A stretch of DNA of 64,000 nt from NCBI GenBank assembly GCA_019114305.1, contig DXFU01000087.1, positions 616 through 64,615 on the forward strand, read 5' to 3'. Origin of the DNA: Candidatus Hungatella pullicola (GTDB lineage Bacteria; Bacillota; Clostridia; Lachnospirales; Lachnospiraceae). Of the stretch, positions 41,806 to 52,367 are shown one piece after another; the stretch's first letter is position 1, and every line of letters begins with the position of its first letter. The notes beneath the pieces are model-generated. The model saw nothing but the letters and a program-made list of their open reading frames with translations. It was not told where the DNA came from and ran no database searches. The position numbers were made by a program, and so were the translations under genes.

Positions 41806-43362
41806 TCACTGCCATTGAGGGATTTCATAAGAATTGTGCTCTTCCTTTGTATCTCTTAAAATATCTCCCATCTCCTCCATCATAGGACTGTCAGGAAGAT
41901 TTCTCTCCCAGAGCCGGTAAGCCTCACTTGACTTTACCTCTTCTTCATTGATCAGAATCCCGGAACAATAAGCTCTGTTTAACAGGCCGTACAGATGGGA
42001 CATTTCCTTTATCTGTTCCTCAGGAAGAACGGAAGCAATACGTTTCGATGTCTGGGCACTGATAATCTCTGTCAAAAACTCTTCTCCAAATTCTTTGAAA
42101 TGAAGCAGATTCTCATCTGCGCTTCCCTGTATCCGGGCCCAGCCTTCTACATCCGTTTCTTTGGTGCAGTAAATAAGACCTCCTCCCTCCTTCCACTGCA
42201 GCACTCCGTACTGACAGGGCGGAATAGCAAATGAGTCTGATACAATCTCGCTGATATGGAATCCAGCTTCCTCTCCCGGTTCCCTTTTATAGGTTTTTGT
42301 TCTTTGAAGATGGAGGTGACCGCTGATATAGACAGGGATTCCATATGATTCCAACAGTTCTGTCACTTCTTCGCTGTTTTCCAGCGTACAGTCCGTCTCA
42401 TACAAAGCGCTTTCTCTCAAAAGATTGTGGTGGGCGACGGGGAGCACCTGTATGCCCTGTTCTTCTGCCTGAGATAAAATCTCCTCCATCCACTCTATTG
42501 TTTCCTGGCGGATCCTTCCTCCTACCAAATTGACAGGATCATACTGAGCAGAATCCAGCATAAGGAGCCAGTTCTTTTCATCAAGGGGATAAAGGTAACT
42601 AAGAGAATGAGGATCTCTGTTTACAGCCTCGTCATAGCCGAATTCCCTGTAAATTTCATAGAATTCCTGAGCATCAATGGAATCTGTTTTTTCCTTTTTC
42701 TCCCCAAAATAGGAAGCTGCGTTTGGATTATTAATGTCATGGTTTCCTGGAATTACCAGAACAGGGATTCCTTTTTCTTCCAGTACTCTTAATTTTTCCG
42801 CAAAGGCCATATGGCCCTCCTGTTCTCCGTTTAAGGTAAGATCACCGCTGACAATCACTCCATCCGGTCTGAGCTTTTCCATTTCCCAGGCAAAGGCATC
42901 CATCAGCTGAGAATTGTAGAAAACAACCTTTCCGTCATCCCGATGTACCATATCCTGAAAACTTTCCCCGTAATCGGTCAGAGAATCAGAAAAGTAGTGG
43001 GTATCTGATATAAGTACAAGAACCGGAGGTTCGTAGACAGGAACCTTCTCCTGATTTTCGTTACTTTCTTCTGTCTGAGCCAAAAAAGCTTCTTTCTCCT
43101 TCTCGTTATCTTTCACAGCTTCTTTTGTCCCAAGCTCCTGCGCATCTTCCTTTACCGTCTCCGGCTCTTCCCTGGCAGAGGATTCCTGTGTTTCATTTTC
43201 TCTGCTTTCTTCGGTCTGCCGATTCTCTGTCCTTTCCTCCTCCCTGGTCTCTAAAACAGTCTGGTCTCTTAAACCGCTGATCAGCCAAACCATTCCAAAG
43301 CAGAGAAGAACCAATAAAAAATATAAGAAGAAAACAAATCCGTTTTTCTTTTTTCTGTCCAT
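41806..43362 (-). CDS. Membrane-anchored metallophosphoesterase (calcineurin-like)
   Basis: TM helix, an acidic low-complexity linker, then the motifs SDTH, GDLTLNG, GNHD and HHNL. Confidence 0.8.
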   Translation of the reverse strand: MDRKKKNGFVFFLYFLLVLLCFGMVWLISGLRDQTVLETREEERTENRQTEESRENETQESSAREEPETVKEDAQELGTKEAVKDNEKEKEAFLAQTEESNENQEKVPVYEPPVLVLISDTHYFSDSLTDYGESFQDMVHRDDGKVVFYNSQLMDAFAWEMEKLRPDGVIVSGDLTLNGEQEGHMAFAEKLRVLEEKGIPVLVIPGNHDINNPNAASYFGEKKEKTDSIDAQEFYEIYREFGYDEAVNRDPHSLSYLYPLDEKNWLLMLDSAQYDPVNLVGGRIRQETIEWMEEILSQAEEQGIQVLPVAHHNLLRESALYETDCTLENSEEVTELLESYGIPVYISGHLHLQRTKTYKREPGEEAGFHISEIVSDSFAIPPCQYGVLQWKEGGGLIYCTKETDVEGWARIQGSADENLLHFKEFGEEFLTEIISAQTSKRIASVLPEEQIKEMSHLYGLLNRAYCSGILINEEEVKSSEAYRLWERNLPDSPMMEEMGDILRDTKEEHNSYEIPQWQ

Positions 43363-43373
43363 ATTCCTCCCGC

Positions 43374-43447
43374 GTCAGTCTCTTTCACGCTTCTTATTCT
43401 GTACCTTCCCTTTGTCGCGGACTTCCATTCTGTCAGTCTGCACGCTT
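43374..43447. repeat. Direct repeat GTCAGTCT-(1 or 4 nt)-CACGCTT upstream of the metallophosphoesterase gene
   Basis: Copies lie at 43374-43392 and 43432-43447 (plus-strand reading). The first abuts the RBS. Confidence 0.4.
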
Positions 43448-43456
43448 GGAATCATA

Positions 43457-44068
43457 TCATGATTTTGCCGGATCATCAAGAAAAACCGTTTTTCTCTCTA
43501 TTTGAATGTCCTGAGGCCTATCTGTACAGAGTGATAGAATCATCTCTCCCTCCTTTATCTGATAAAAATACCAGCCCTCCGGCCCGGAAATGATTCCATC
43601 TTTCCCCGTCAGCGTAAATTCAATCTTATTTAAAGGTACTGTAATGCCGCATCCCATAGCCTTGACACAGCTTTCCTTCAAGGTCCAGAAACGAAAAAAA
43701 GCTTCTCCTTTGTTTTCTTCCTTCCAAATATCCATCTGTTTTTTTTCTTTTTCCGACAGCACCCGTTTTATAAGCCCCAAGCTATATGAACGGATCCATT
43801 CCACATCCACTCCCAGCGGTCCCCTTCCCACAGCGCAGACTGCTATCCGTCCGCTGTGGCTGATATTAAAATGGATATCCGGATGGTCCATCAGATAGGG
43901 TTTTCCATAAGGCCCCCGCTCAATTCTTTCCTCTGTTACCTCAACTCCGTAAAGTGCAGAAACTCCCCGTCTCAAAAGTTCTATTCCCGCTCTGTGTTCT
44001 GCTTCTCTCTTTTGGCCGCCCCCTTGAGGGACCTTTCCCCTGACATCTCCAATATAAATCTTAACCAC
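43457..44068 (-). CDS. Sfp-type 4'-phosphopantetheinyl transferase
   Basis: 203 aa with the motifs GKPYL, FNISHSG and WTLKESCVKAMG. Confidence 0.85.
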   Translation of the reverse strand: MVKIYIGDVRGKVPQGGGQKREAEHRAGIELLRRGVSALYGVEVTEERIERGPYGKPYLMDHPDIHFNISHSGRIAVCAVGRGPLGVDVEWIRSYSLGLIKRVLSEKEKKQMDIWKEENKGEAFFRFWTLKESCVKAMGCGITVPLNKIEFTLTGKDGIISGPEGWYFYQIKEGEMILSLCTDRPQDIQIERKTVFLDDPAKS

Positions 44069-44146
44069 AAAATTCCGCCTTTACTTTATTTTTCTTTCAC
44101 CCTGTCCTCCATTCTATCACAACTTCAGCCATATGACAAAACCTTA

Positions 44147-44185
44147 AAAGACAGCGCATGCTTTATGACGGCACACGCTGTCTTT
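44147..44185 (-). terminator. Intrinsic terminator after eno
   Basis: The minus strand reads AAAGACAGCG-(loop)-CGCUGUCUUU followed by UAAGGUUUUG. Confidence 0.65.
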
Positions 44186-44222
44186 GATACACTTTTATCT
44201 GTCCGCTTTTAACACTTCTGTC

Positions 44223-45524
<1,302 letters not shown>

Positions 45525-45587
45525 CTAATCTCCTTTTTCCTGCTTTTATACAGGATTAATATGTTCATTTTTACTGTTTTTATAAGT

Positions 45588-45608
45588 TTAGTTAGTTTGA
45601 GCTAACTT
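45588..45608. promoter_or_regulatory. 21-nt motif TTAGTTAGTTTgAgCTAACTT (copy B) in the eno leader
   Basis: 19 of 21 positions are identical to 36582-36602. It lies immediately downstream of a candidate promoter. Confidence 0.4.
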
Positions 45609-45615
45609 TTTATTT

Positions 45616-45644
45616 ATCCTACCATATATATTACAGGAAATCAA
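45616..45644 (-). promoter_or_regulatory. Candidate eno promoter
   Basis: The minus strand reads TTGATT (45644-45639), a 17-nt spacer, then TAGGAT (45621-45616). The -10 element is weak. Confidence 0.35.
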
Positions 45645-45671
45645 TAATTATTGTTGAGAACTATTCTCAAA

Positions 45672-45719
45672 AAAGAAACCCCAAAAAAGAAACCGGCCCA
45701 TTATAAAATGCCGGCTTCT
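45672..45719 (-). terminator. Intrinsic terminator after trpS
   Basis: The minus strand reads AGAAGCCGGC-(12-nt loop)-GCCGGUUUCU followed by UUUUUGGGGUUUCUUUUUU. Confidence 0.65.
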
Positions 45720-45729
45720 TCCATTTCCT

Positions 45730-46821
45730 TTACAGCTGAGATTTGTACTTCTCAGACTGGGCTTTTATCATTTCACTGTCATCAAAATAGTTGATTTTCA
45801 TAGCTCTCTTTACATCTTCAAGAGTCTTTGCAGCAGTTTTCTCTGCTTTTTCGCTTCCCTCTTTCAGTATCTGATATACATATGGGATATCTGCCTCATA
45901 CTCTTTTCTTCTGCGGCGGATGGGTTCCAGTTCTGCCTGAAGCACACTGTTAAGGAATCGTTTTACTTTCACATCACCCAGACCGCCTCTGCGGTAGTGA
46001 TCTTTCAGTTCATCCAGATTCTTGTAGTCCGGAAGATACTTTTCAAAATCCTCATCCCTGCAGAAAGCGTCCAGATAAGTAAATACTGTATTCCCCTCTA
46101 CCTGTCCAGGATCTGATACCTGAATATGATTGGGATCTGTGTACATACTCATTACTTTCTTGCGCACATCTTCCTCAGAATCTGACAGATAGATGCAGTT
46201 GCCCAAGGATTTGCTCATCTTCGTCTTGCCGTCTGTGCCCGGAAGGCGAAGACATGCCTTATTGTCCGGGAGAAGAATCTCTGGTTCCACCAATGCTTCC
46301 CCGTAAACAGAATTAAACTTTCTGACAATCTCTCTGGTCTGTTCAATCATAGGTTCCTGATCCTCGCCAACAGGAACGGTTGTAGCCTTAAAAGCTGTAA
46401 TGTCCGCCGCCTGACTGATCGGATAGGTAAAAAAGCCTACTGGTATGCTTGTCTCAAAATTTCTCATGGCAATCTCTGACTTCACAGTAGGATTTCTCTG
46501 AAGCCGGGATACAGTGACAAGGTTCATGTAATAAAAGGACAGCTCTGTCAGCTGCGGAACCTGAGACTGAATAAAGAGAGTTGACTTTGCCGGATCCAAT
46601 CCGCAGGAAAGATAATCCAAAGCCACCTCAATAATATTCTGTCTTACCTTTTCCGGATTATCTGCATTATCTGTCAAGGCCTGAGCATCCGCAATCATAA
46701 TATAGATCTCGTCAAACTCTCCTGAATTCTGCAGTTCCACCCTGCGTCTCAAAGAGCCTACATAATGCCCTATATGAAGTTTTCCGGTTGGTCTGTCACC
46801 GGTTAATATTATCTTGCCCAT
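45730..46821 (-). CDS. trpS: Tryptophan--tRNA ligase
   Basis: A HIGH-type motif (TGKLHIGH) and the KMSKS motif. I placed the start at ATG 46821 (RBS GGAGG). The ORF-track start at 46899 overlaps metH. Confidence 0.92.
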   Translation of the reverse strand: MGKIILTGDRPTGKLHIGHYVGSLRRRVELQNSGEFDEIYIMIADAQALTDNADNPEKVRQNIIEVALDYLSCGLDPAKSTLFIQSQVPQLTELSFYYMNLVTVSRLQRNPTVKSEIAMRNFETSIPVGFFTYPISQAADITAFKATTVPVGEDQEPMIEQTREIVRKFNSVYGEALVEPEILLPDNKACLRLPGTDGKTKMSKSLGNCIYLSDSEEDVRKKVMSMYTDPNHIQVSDPGQVEGNTVFTYLDAFCRDEDFEKYLPDYKNLDELKDHYRRGGLGDVKVKRFLNSVLQAELEPIRRRRKEYEADIPYVYQILKEGSEKAEKTAAKTLEDVKRAMKINYFDDSEMIKAQSEKYKSQL

Positions 46822-46886
46822 ATTGGTACCTCCAGGTATTTTATCTTTCTTCCATAAAACATATGGGTTATTATAGCACAGGCTCC

Positions 46887-49334
46887 TTATGCCATGCAAG
46901 TCTGTGAAAAAACATGCTCCGCATAGTTAACAGAAGCCATGGCATCCTTACAGTATTGATCCGCACCAATGGTTTTTGCATAATCTTCCGTAAGCACCGC
47001 ACCTCCTACCATCACCTTCACCCAGGGTGCTTTCCTGCGCAAAAGGCCGATGGTCTCCTCCATGCTGGGTACCGTTGTGGTCATAAGAGTGCTTAATCCA
47101 ACAAGAGCTACCTTCTTTCTCACGGCTGTCTCTGCAATCACCTCCGCAGCTACATCCTTTCCCAGATCAATGACTTCATAGCTGTAATTCTCCAAAAGCA
47201 CTTTCACAATGTTTTTGCCAATATCGTGAATGTCTCCCTTTACCGTTGCCAATATAATGGTTCCTTTCTGCTCTTTGCTGGATCCTGATCTGGCCAGTTC
47301 TTCTTTAATCACCTCAAAAGCTGCCTTGGCAGCCTCTGCACTCATAAGAAGCTGCGGCAGGAAAACAGTTCCTTTTTCAAACCCTTTCCCAACCTTGTCC
47401 AAGGCGGGAATCATCTCCTGGTTAATGATATCCAAAGGACTCTTTTCCTTAAGAAGCTCCTTCACTGCTTCCCTGGCCCTCTCCTTCAATCCTTTTTCTA
47501 CGCTCTCTCCAAGTCCAATGGTTCCGGTATTTCCTTCTTTCTGGCTGCTGAAGGCTCCTTTTCTTACAGTCTGGCCTAAGGAAGCCGTATCTTTGCTGTA
47601 TACGCTGATATAATCTCCGCACTGAGGATCAAGAGCTGCAAGAGCCCGATAACTGTAATAAGCCCGCATCATAGCCTCAGAATTAGGATTTATAATAGCT
47701 GCGCTCAGTCCATTCCCCATAGCCAGCGTAAAAAATGCAGAATTGACAATCTCTCTCTGAGGAAGTCCAAAAGATATATTGGACACACCCAAAATAGTCT
47801 TACCTCCCAGTTCATCCCTTACCCGTCTTAAAGTTTCCAACGTTGTCAGGGCACCTTTGCTGTCAGAACTTACCGTCATGCAGAGAGCGTCAATTATAAT
47901 ATCCTTTTTTTCAATTCCGTAGGAAGCAGCTGTATCATAAATCTTTTTGGCCACCTGAATTCTGCCCTCTGCCGTATCAGGAATTCCGCCCTCATCCAGA
48001 GCCAGGCCAACTACCACGCCTCCATACTTCTTTACCAGTGGGAATATTGCTTCCATCACTTCCCGCTTTCCATTGACTGAATTAATCAGCGGCTTTCCGT
48101 TGTAGATTCTCATAGCTCTTTCCATGGCCTGAATATTGGAAGTATCAATCTGAAGAGGAATATCAATAATACTCTGAAGCTCTTTTACCACTTCTTCCAT
48201 CATGGAAGGCTCATCAATTTCCGGCAGCCCTACATTTACGTCCAGAACATGAGCGCCGTTATCCTGCTGTGTTACTCCTTCCTTAAGGATATACTCCAGA
48301 TTATGGTCCCGAAGAGCCTGCTTAAATTTAGACTTCCCCGTAGGATTGATTCTCTCTCCAATAATTACAGGATCTCTGTCAATAACTACGGCTTGGGCAT
48401 AAGAGCTGACTACTGTCCGCCCTTTTTTTTCCGGAAGCTTTACGGGCATATGACTGCAAAGCTCTTTCACACAGCGGATATGCTCCGGAGTGGTTCCGCA
48501 GCAGCCGCCTACAATAAGCGCTCCCATCTCTGCCATCTCTTTCATTACTGCGGCAAAAGTTGGGGCATCTATATCGTATACAGTTTTTCCGCCCTCGCTT
48601 CTGGGAAGACCTGCATTGGGATTAACAATCACCGGAAGAGAAGATACCCTGAGAATATCCCTGAGTATCTCCTTCATCTGAACCGGGCCAAGTCCGCAGT
48701 TAACCCCCAGCGCATCCACCCCAAGTCCCTCCAGCAGGGCCACAACAGACTCTACATTTCCGCCTGTGAGAAGCTTGCCTTTCTCATCAAATATCATAGT
48801 AGCAAAAACAGGAAGGCTGCAGCTTTCTTTAGCCCCCAGTACAGCCGCCTTTGCCTCATAGCTGTCGCTCATGGTCTCAATGAGAATCATATCGGCTCCC
48901 GCATCAGCGCCGATCTTTGCTGTTCTGGCAAACAGACTGCAGGCTTTCTCAAAATCCAAATCTCCCAAAGGCTTTAAAAGCTTTCCCGTAGGTCCTATAT
49001 CCAAAGCGATATAAGCTTCTCTGCCCGGCTCTTTCTCCCTCACCCTCCGCAAAGCCTCTTTTCCATTGGATATGGCCGCCCTTACAATCTCTTCCAGTTT
49101 GTAGGAACCTTCTTCAGGGAACTTAAGTTCATTGGCTCCGAAGGTATTGGTGGTAATAATATCCGCTCCTGCCTCCAGATAGTCCATATGGGCTTTTATA
49201 ATCACCTCCGGATGGGTGATATTCCAGACCTCAGGAAGCTCTCCAGGCCCTAATCCCTGGGCCTGAAGAAGACTTCCCATACCTCCGTCACAAAAGATCA
49301 GCTTTTTTCCTATTTTATCCATTATTCCTGCCAT
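46887..49334 (-). CDS. metH: Cobalamin-dependent methionine synthase, three-module form (Hcy-MT, pterin-binding, B12-binding) without activation domain
   Basis: 815 aa. An N-terminal Hcy S-methyltransferase module (GGCCGT), a pterin-binding barrel, and a B12-binding module with the DxHxxG motif ([11 protein letters not shown]). Confidence 0.9.
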   Translation of the reverse strand: MAGIMDKIGKKLIFCDGGMGSLLQAQGLGPGELPEVWNITHPEVIIKAHMDYLEAGADIITTNTFGANELKFPEEGSYKLEEIVRAAISNGKEALRRVREKEPGREAYIALDIGPTGKLLKPLGDLDFEKACSLFARTAKIGADAGADMILIETMSDSYEAKAAVLGAKESCSLPVFATMIFDEKGKLLTGGNVESVVALLEGLGVDALGVNCGLGPVQMKEILRDILRVSSLPVIVNPNAGLPRSEGGKTVYDIDAPTFAAVMKEMAEMGALIVGGCCGTTPEHIRCVKELCSHMPVKLPEKKGRTVVSSYAQAVVIDRDPVIIGERINPTGKSKFKQALRDHNLEYILKEGVTQQDNGAHVLDVNVGLPEIDEPSMMEEVVKELQSIIDIPLQIDTSNIQAMERAMRIYNGKPLINSVNGKREVMEAIFPLVKKYGGVVVGLALDEGGIPDTAEGRIQVAKKIYDTAASYGIEKKDIIIDALCMTVSSDSKGALTTLETLRRVRDELGGKTILGVSNISFGLPQREIVNSAFFTLAMGNGLSAAIINPNSEAMMRAYYSYRALAALDPQCGDYISVYSKDTASLGQTVRKGAFSSQKEGNTGTIGLGESVEKGLKERAREAVKELLKEKSPLDIINQEMIPALDKVGKGFEKGTVFLPQLLMSAEAAKAAFEVIKEELARSGSSKEQKGTIILATVKGDIHDIGKNIVKVLLENYSYEVIDLGKDVAAEVIAETAVRKKVALVGLSTLMTTTVPSMEETIGLLRRKAPWVKVMVGGAVLTEDYAKTIGADQYCKDAMASVNYAEHVFSQTCMA

Positions 49335-49339
49335 CTTGT

Positions 49340-49984
49340 CTATCCTCTCCTGTATACGCAGTTTTTCATTTCACAGGCCTCGCACCCCTTTACCTCACAA
49401 CGGTAAGGTTTTTCACTAACGCCCATTACGGCTGTCACCGATTTGGACGGAACCATCAGGAGGCTGTCTGTCAATGTAATTCCTATCCGCTTGCCGGTCT
49501 CCAACGCCGCAGTCAGGGGTTTCTGACATTCCAGGGAAAAATCTCCGTACCCCGGACTAAACCTTGGTCTGAGATAAAGCCCCTTAGCCTCATATTCTTT
49601 TTTCATATTCTCATTGATCCGATCACAGTAATCCTCAATCCACGCAGCCGCGCAGGCCTGCATTACCACTGCCCGGCTCATCTCCAGTCTGGTATATCGG
49701 TGAAGCAAAACATCTATCCCCGTACCTAATGTGGCAGCAAATAAAATCACCTGACAGCAATCCTGTAAATTTTTGAATAAATGTTTGCTTTTAGTCTGAA
49801 AGGCTCCCAGATCCAAAGTTCCATCTTCCAAAAATCTTAAAGGGTATTCCCTGTATATATGTTTTGGATCAGCTCCTTTTTGAACCTCCTCCATACAGCT
49901 GTCAATCAGATTAAGTGCAGCACAGTCCGCCGTATTTTTTCCATATCCCAGATATCTGAGAGCTTCTCTTTTTACTTGGTCCAT
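49340..49984 (-). CDS. Stand-alone methionine synthase activation (AdoMet-binding, Met_synt_B12-like) domain protein with C-terminal Cys cluster
   Basis: 214 aa directly upstream of metH with a RFSPGYGD-type motif. The C-terminus is CEVKGCEACEMKNC. Confidence 0.7.
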   Translation of the reverse strand: MDQVKREALRYLGYGKNTADCAALNLIDSCMEEVQKGADPKHIYREYPLRFLEDGTLDLGAFQTKSKHLFKNLQDCCQVILFAATLGTGIDVLLHRYTRLEMSRAVVMQACAAAWIEDYCDRINENMKKEYEAKGLYLRPRFSPGYGDFSLECQKPLTAALETGKRIGITLTDSLLMVPSKSVTAVMGVSEKPYRCEVKGCEACEMKNCVYRRG

Positions 49985-50011
49985 CCTTCCACCTTCTCTC
50001 TGGAAGACACC

Positions 50012-50890
50012 TTAAGAGGACAGAATCACAGAAAGATTCTCTTTGATCTTGCGGGCTACATCCGGCTTATTCATGGAATAAACATGGATTGCGTTTACGC
50101 CGTTTGCTATAAGATCTATAATCTGCTCCGTGGCATAGGCAATTCCCGCCTCTTTCATAGCCGCCGGATTATCTCCAAAACGATCCACTATGGACTTAAA
50201 ACGGGAAGGAAGATAAGTTCCTGACAGCTGGCAGATACGGGTAATCTGGCCGCCGTTGGTCACAGGCATAATACCGGCTACTACAGGAACGGTAATTCCC
50301 TTCTCCCGAACGCGGTAAAGATAATTATAAAGAATATTATTGTCAAAAAACATCTGAGTCGTAACAAAATCGCAGCCTGCTTCAACCTTCTGCTTTAAAT
50401 ACTCAATATCCACCGCCTTATTGGCTGATTCCACATGTCCCTCTGGATAACAGGCTGCTCCGATACAAAAGTCTCCTGCCTGGCGAATTTCCCTAATCAG
50501 CTGGGAAGCATAACGGTAATCCTTTGCAACTGTGCCATCGGCCGGAATATCGCCTCTCAGCGCAAGAATATTTTCAATTCCTGCCGCTTTAAGCTGTTCC
50601 AAGACCTGATGGACCTTATCCTTTGTAGAGGATACGCAGGTTAAGTGAGCCAAAGGCGTAACATGGTACTTGTTCTGAAGGGCGGAAGCAATATCAACCG
50701 TATACTGGCTGGTTCCTCCTCCCGCTCCATATGTAACACTCATAAACGATGGCTGCAGACCTGCGATCTCAGCCGCCGCCTTTTCTACGGACTCATACTT
50801 ATCCTCAGTTTTTGGAGGAAATACTTCAAAAGACAGAGTTGGTTTTCCCTGCCCTAAAATGTCTTTAATCTTCATTCTGTCAATCTCCAT
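50012..50890 (-). CDS. metF: 5,10-methylenetetrahydrofolate reductase
   Basis: 292 aa with LSFEVFPPKT and a MetF TIM-barrel-like sequence. The start is ATG 50890 or ATG 50875. Confidence 0.9.
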   Translation of the reverse strand: MEIDRMKIKDILGQGKPTLSFEVFPPKTEDKYESVEKAAAEIAGLQPSFMSVTYGAGGGTSQYTVDIASALQNKYHVTPLAHLTCVSSTKDKVHQVLEQLKAAGIENILALRGDIPADGTVAKDYRYASQLIREIRQAGDFCIGAACYPEGHVESANKAVDIEYLKQKVEAGCDFVTTQMFFDNNILYNYLYRVREKGITVPVVAGIMPVTNGGQITRICQLSGTYLPSRFKSIVDRFGDNPAAMKEAGIAYATEQIIDLIANGVNAIHVYSMNKPDVARKIKENLSVILSS

Positions 50891-50916
50891 TCTTCTCTCA
50901 ATGTTCAGGATGCCGT

Positions 50917-51966
50917 CTAAACCTCAGGTTCCCTGTAAGAAACATATACGCTGGTTTCCTCATCGTCCGTGTAAACAGATATGTGAAACATTCCCGCTGA
51001 CACATAACTTTCTGTCTCTGTCTCCAAAAGTCGGGATATTTCAGTCATAATACTTTCTGTCTGGCTGCTTCCCCCCTGGATTCCCCCCTGTTCTTCAGCT
51101 GCCAGCAAGAAGACCTCTAAAAATCCAAGAGAATCTGAGGAACTGTCCATGATGGACTGATAATAATGAAGCTGTCCCGTCGCTGTGTCATATCCTAAAT
51201 ACAGATAGTCCTCATATCCCGGCTGGTCTTGTCTCTGAAGATAAATCGTTTTCCATGTATCAAAATAACTGTACTCCCCATAGTCATCCTTAATGGAATA
51301 ATTATCGCTGTATGTCTCCTCCCAACAGGCTTTGTAATTCCTTTCCTGGGCAAAAGCCATCAATTGTTCTCCCAATAGGCTGCCATCCACAGGAAAATGA
51401 TCGTATCCTGTGCATGCTTCCCCCAAAAGAACAACCTCTTCTTCCGAATACTCGGTCACCTCATAGTCTTGCTGGTATTCGTCATAAGAATCATCCCAAG
51501 TCTCCTCAGACTGGAAGTCGTATTCCGGGATTCCATATCCCTGCAAATCATAAACCTGCCAGACACAATAAGCCCCTGCAACGATACAAACAACAACAGC
51601 TGCAAGAATAATAATAACGGCTGTCTTTATTCCCCTTGTGCTGTTTGAATTGTGCTCTGAAGTTTTCACAGGGTTTTGCTGTATTTCTCTTTTTAAAGTG
51701 TCCTTCTGTGCTTTCGTTTTTGCAGGCTTGGCTGCTGCAGGCAGGCTCCCGGATTTTTCCTCTGTTTTTGTACTTTTTGGTTTTTCGGACCTTTCCCTCC
51801 TGGAAGCAGCCTGATTCTCTGCATCCGCAGCCTTTCCATAGGGTCTGCTTTCATTCAGATAAAAATCCGAATTTATCAAATAAGGATTTTTAATTATTTT
51901 TTTGCATCTTGGACAATAACTTCCTGCCGACAAGGACATATCGCAAATAGGACAAATCTTTTTCAT
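50917..51966 (-). CDS. Hypothetical zinc-ribbon / single-pass membrane protein with acidic, Tyr-rich extracytoplasmic domain
   Basis: N-terminal CPICD...CPRCKK, a Lys-rich linker, the TM helix AVIIILAAVVVCIVAGAYCVW and a ~200-aa C-terminal domain. I do not recognise the family. Confidence 0.6.
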   Translation of the reverse strand: MKKICPICDMSLSAGSYCPRCKKIIKNPYLINSDFYLNESRPYGKAADAENQAASRRERSEKPKSTKTEEKSGSLPAAAKPAKTKAQKDTLKREIQQNPVKTSEHNSNSTRGIKTAVIIILAAVVVCIVAGAYCVWQVYDLQGYGIPEYDFQSEETWDDSYDEYQQDYEVTEYSEEEVVLLGEACTGYDHFPVDGSLLGEQLMAFAQERNYKACWEETYSDNYSIKDDYGEYSYFDTWKTIYLQRQDQPGYEDYLYLGYDTATGQLHYYQSIMDSSSDSLGFLEVFLLAAEEQGGIQGGSSQTESIMTEISRLLETETESYVSAGMFHISVYTDDEETSVYVSYREPEV

Positions 51967-51978
51967 CCTTCTCCCCCT

Positions 51979-52302
51979 TTACCCCAGTACAAGATGGGCA
52001 ACTGCTATTTCATCATCCTCCCGAAATCCCTGGGCACACACCTGAATGTTATACACATACTGTTCTTCCAGGCCTGTCTTTTCAGCTATAGACTGAATCG
52101 TCTCACCTTTCTGAGCCAGGGATAAAACCAGATGGACATCTTGAATGGTCTTTTCCAAAAGCTGATCCCTGCTGGATCCATGACCGAACTCCTCTTCCTT
52201 TAAGTCCTCCTCAGAAATAAAATCCTCCAGAGACAGCTCTTTTTTTTCTTCCTGGCAGTAATAATCTTCAGATAATTCCCAGTCTTTTTCTTCTCTCATC
52301 AT
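51979..52302 (-). CDS. Hypothetical small acidic protein with possible C-terminal HTH
   Basis: 107 aa. The start is ATG 52302 or ATG 52299, after AAAGGAGGG. The ORF-track TTG at 52317 is itself part of that RBS region. ETIQSIAEKTGLEEQYVYNI looks HTH-like. I do not recognise the family. Confidence 0.55.
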   Translation of the reverse strand: MMREEKDWELSEDYYCQEEKKELSLEDFISEEDLKEEEFGHGSSRDQLLEKTIQDVHLVLSLAQKGETIQSIAEKTGLEEQYVYNIQVCAQGFREDDEIAVAHLVLG

Positions 52303-52315
52303 AATCCCTCCTTTC

Positions 52316-52347
52316 AAAAACAGGCAGGTCCAAAAAGAACCTGCCTG
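52316..52347 (-). terminator. Intrinsic terminator after ftsZ, abutting the next gene's RBS
   Basis: The minus strand reads CAGGCAGGU-(9-nt loop)-ACCUGCCUG followed by UUUUUG, then immediately AAAGGAGGG and ATG. Confidence 0.7.
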
Positions 52348-52367
52348 ATCTGTATTGTTTGTTTCTA

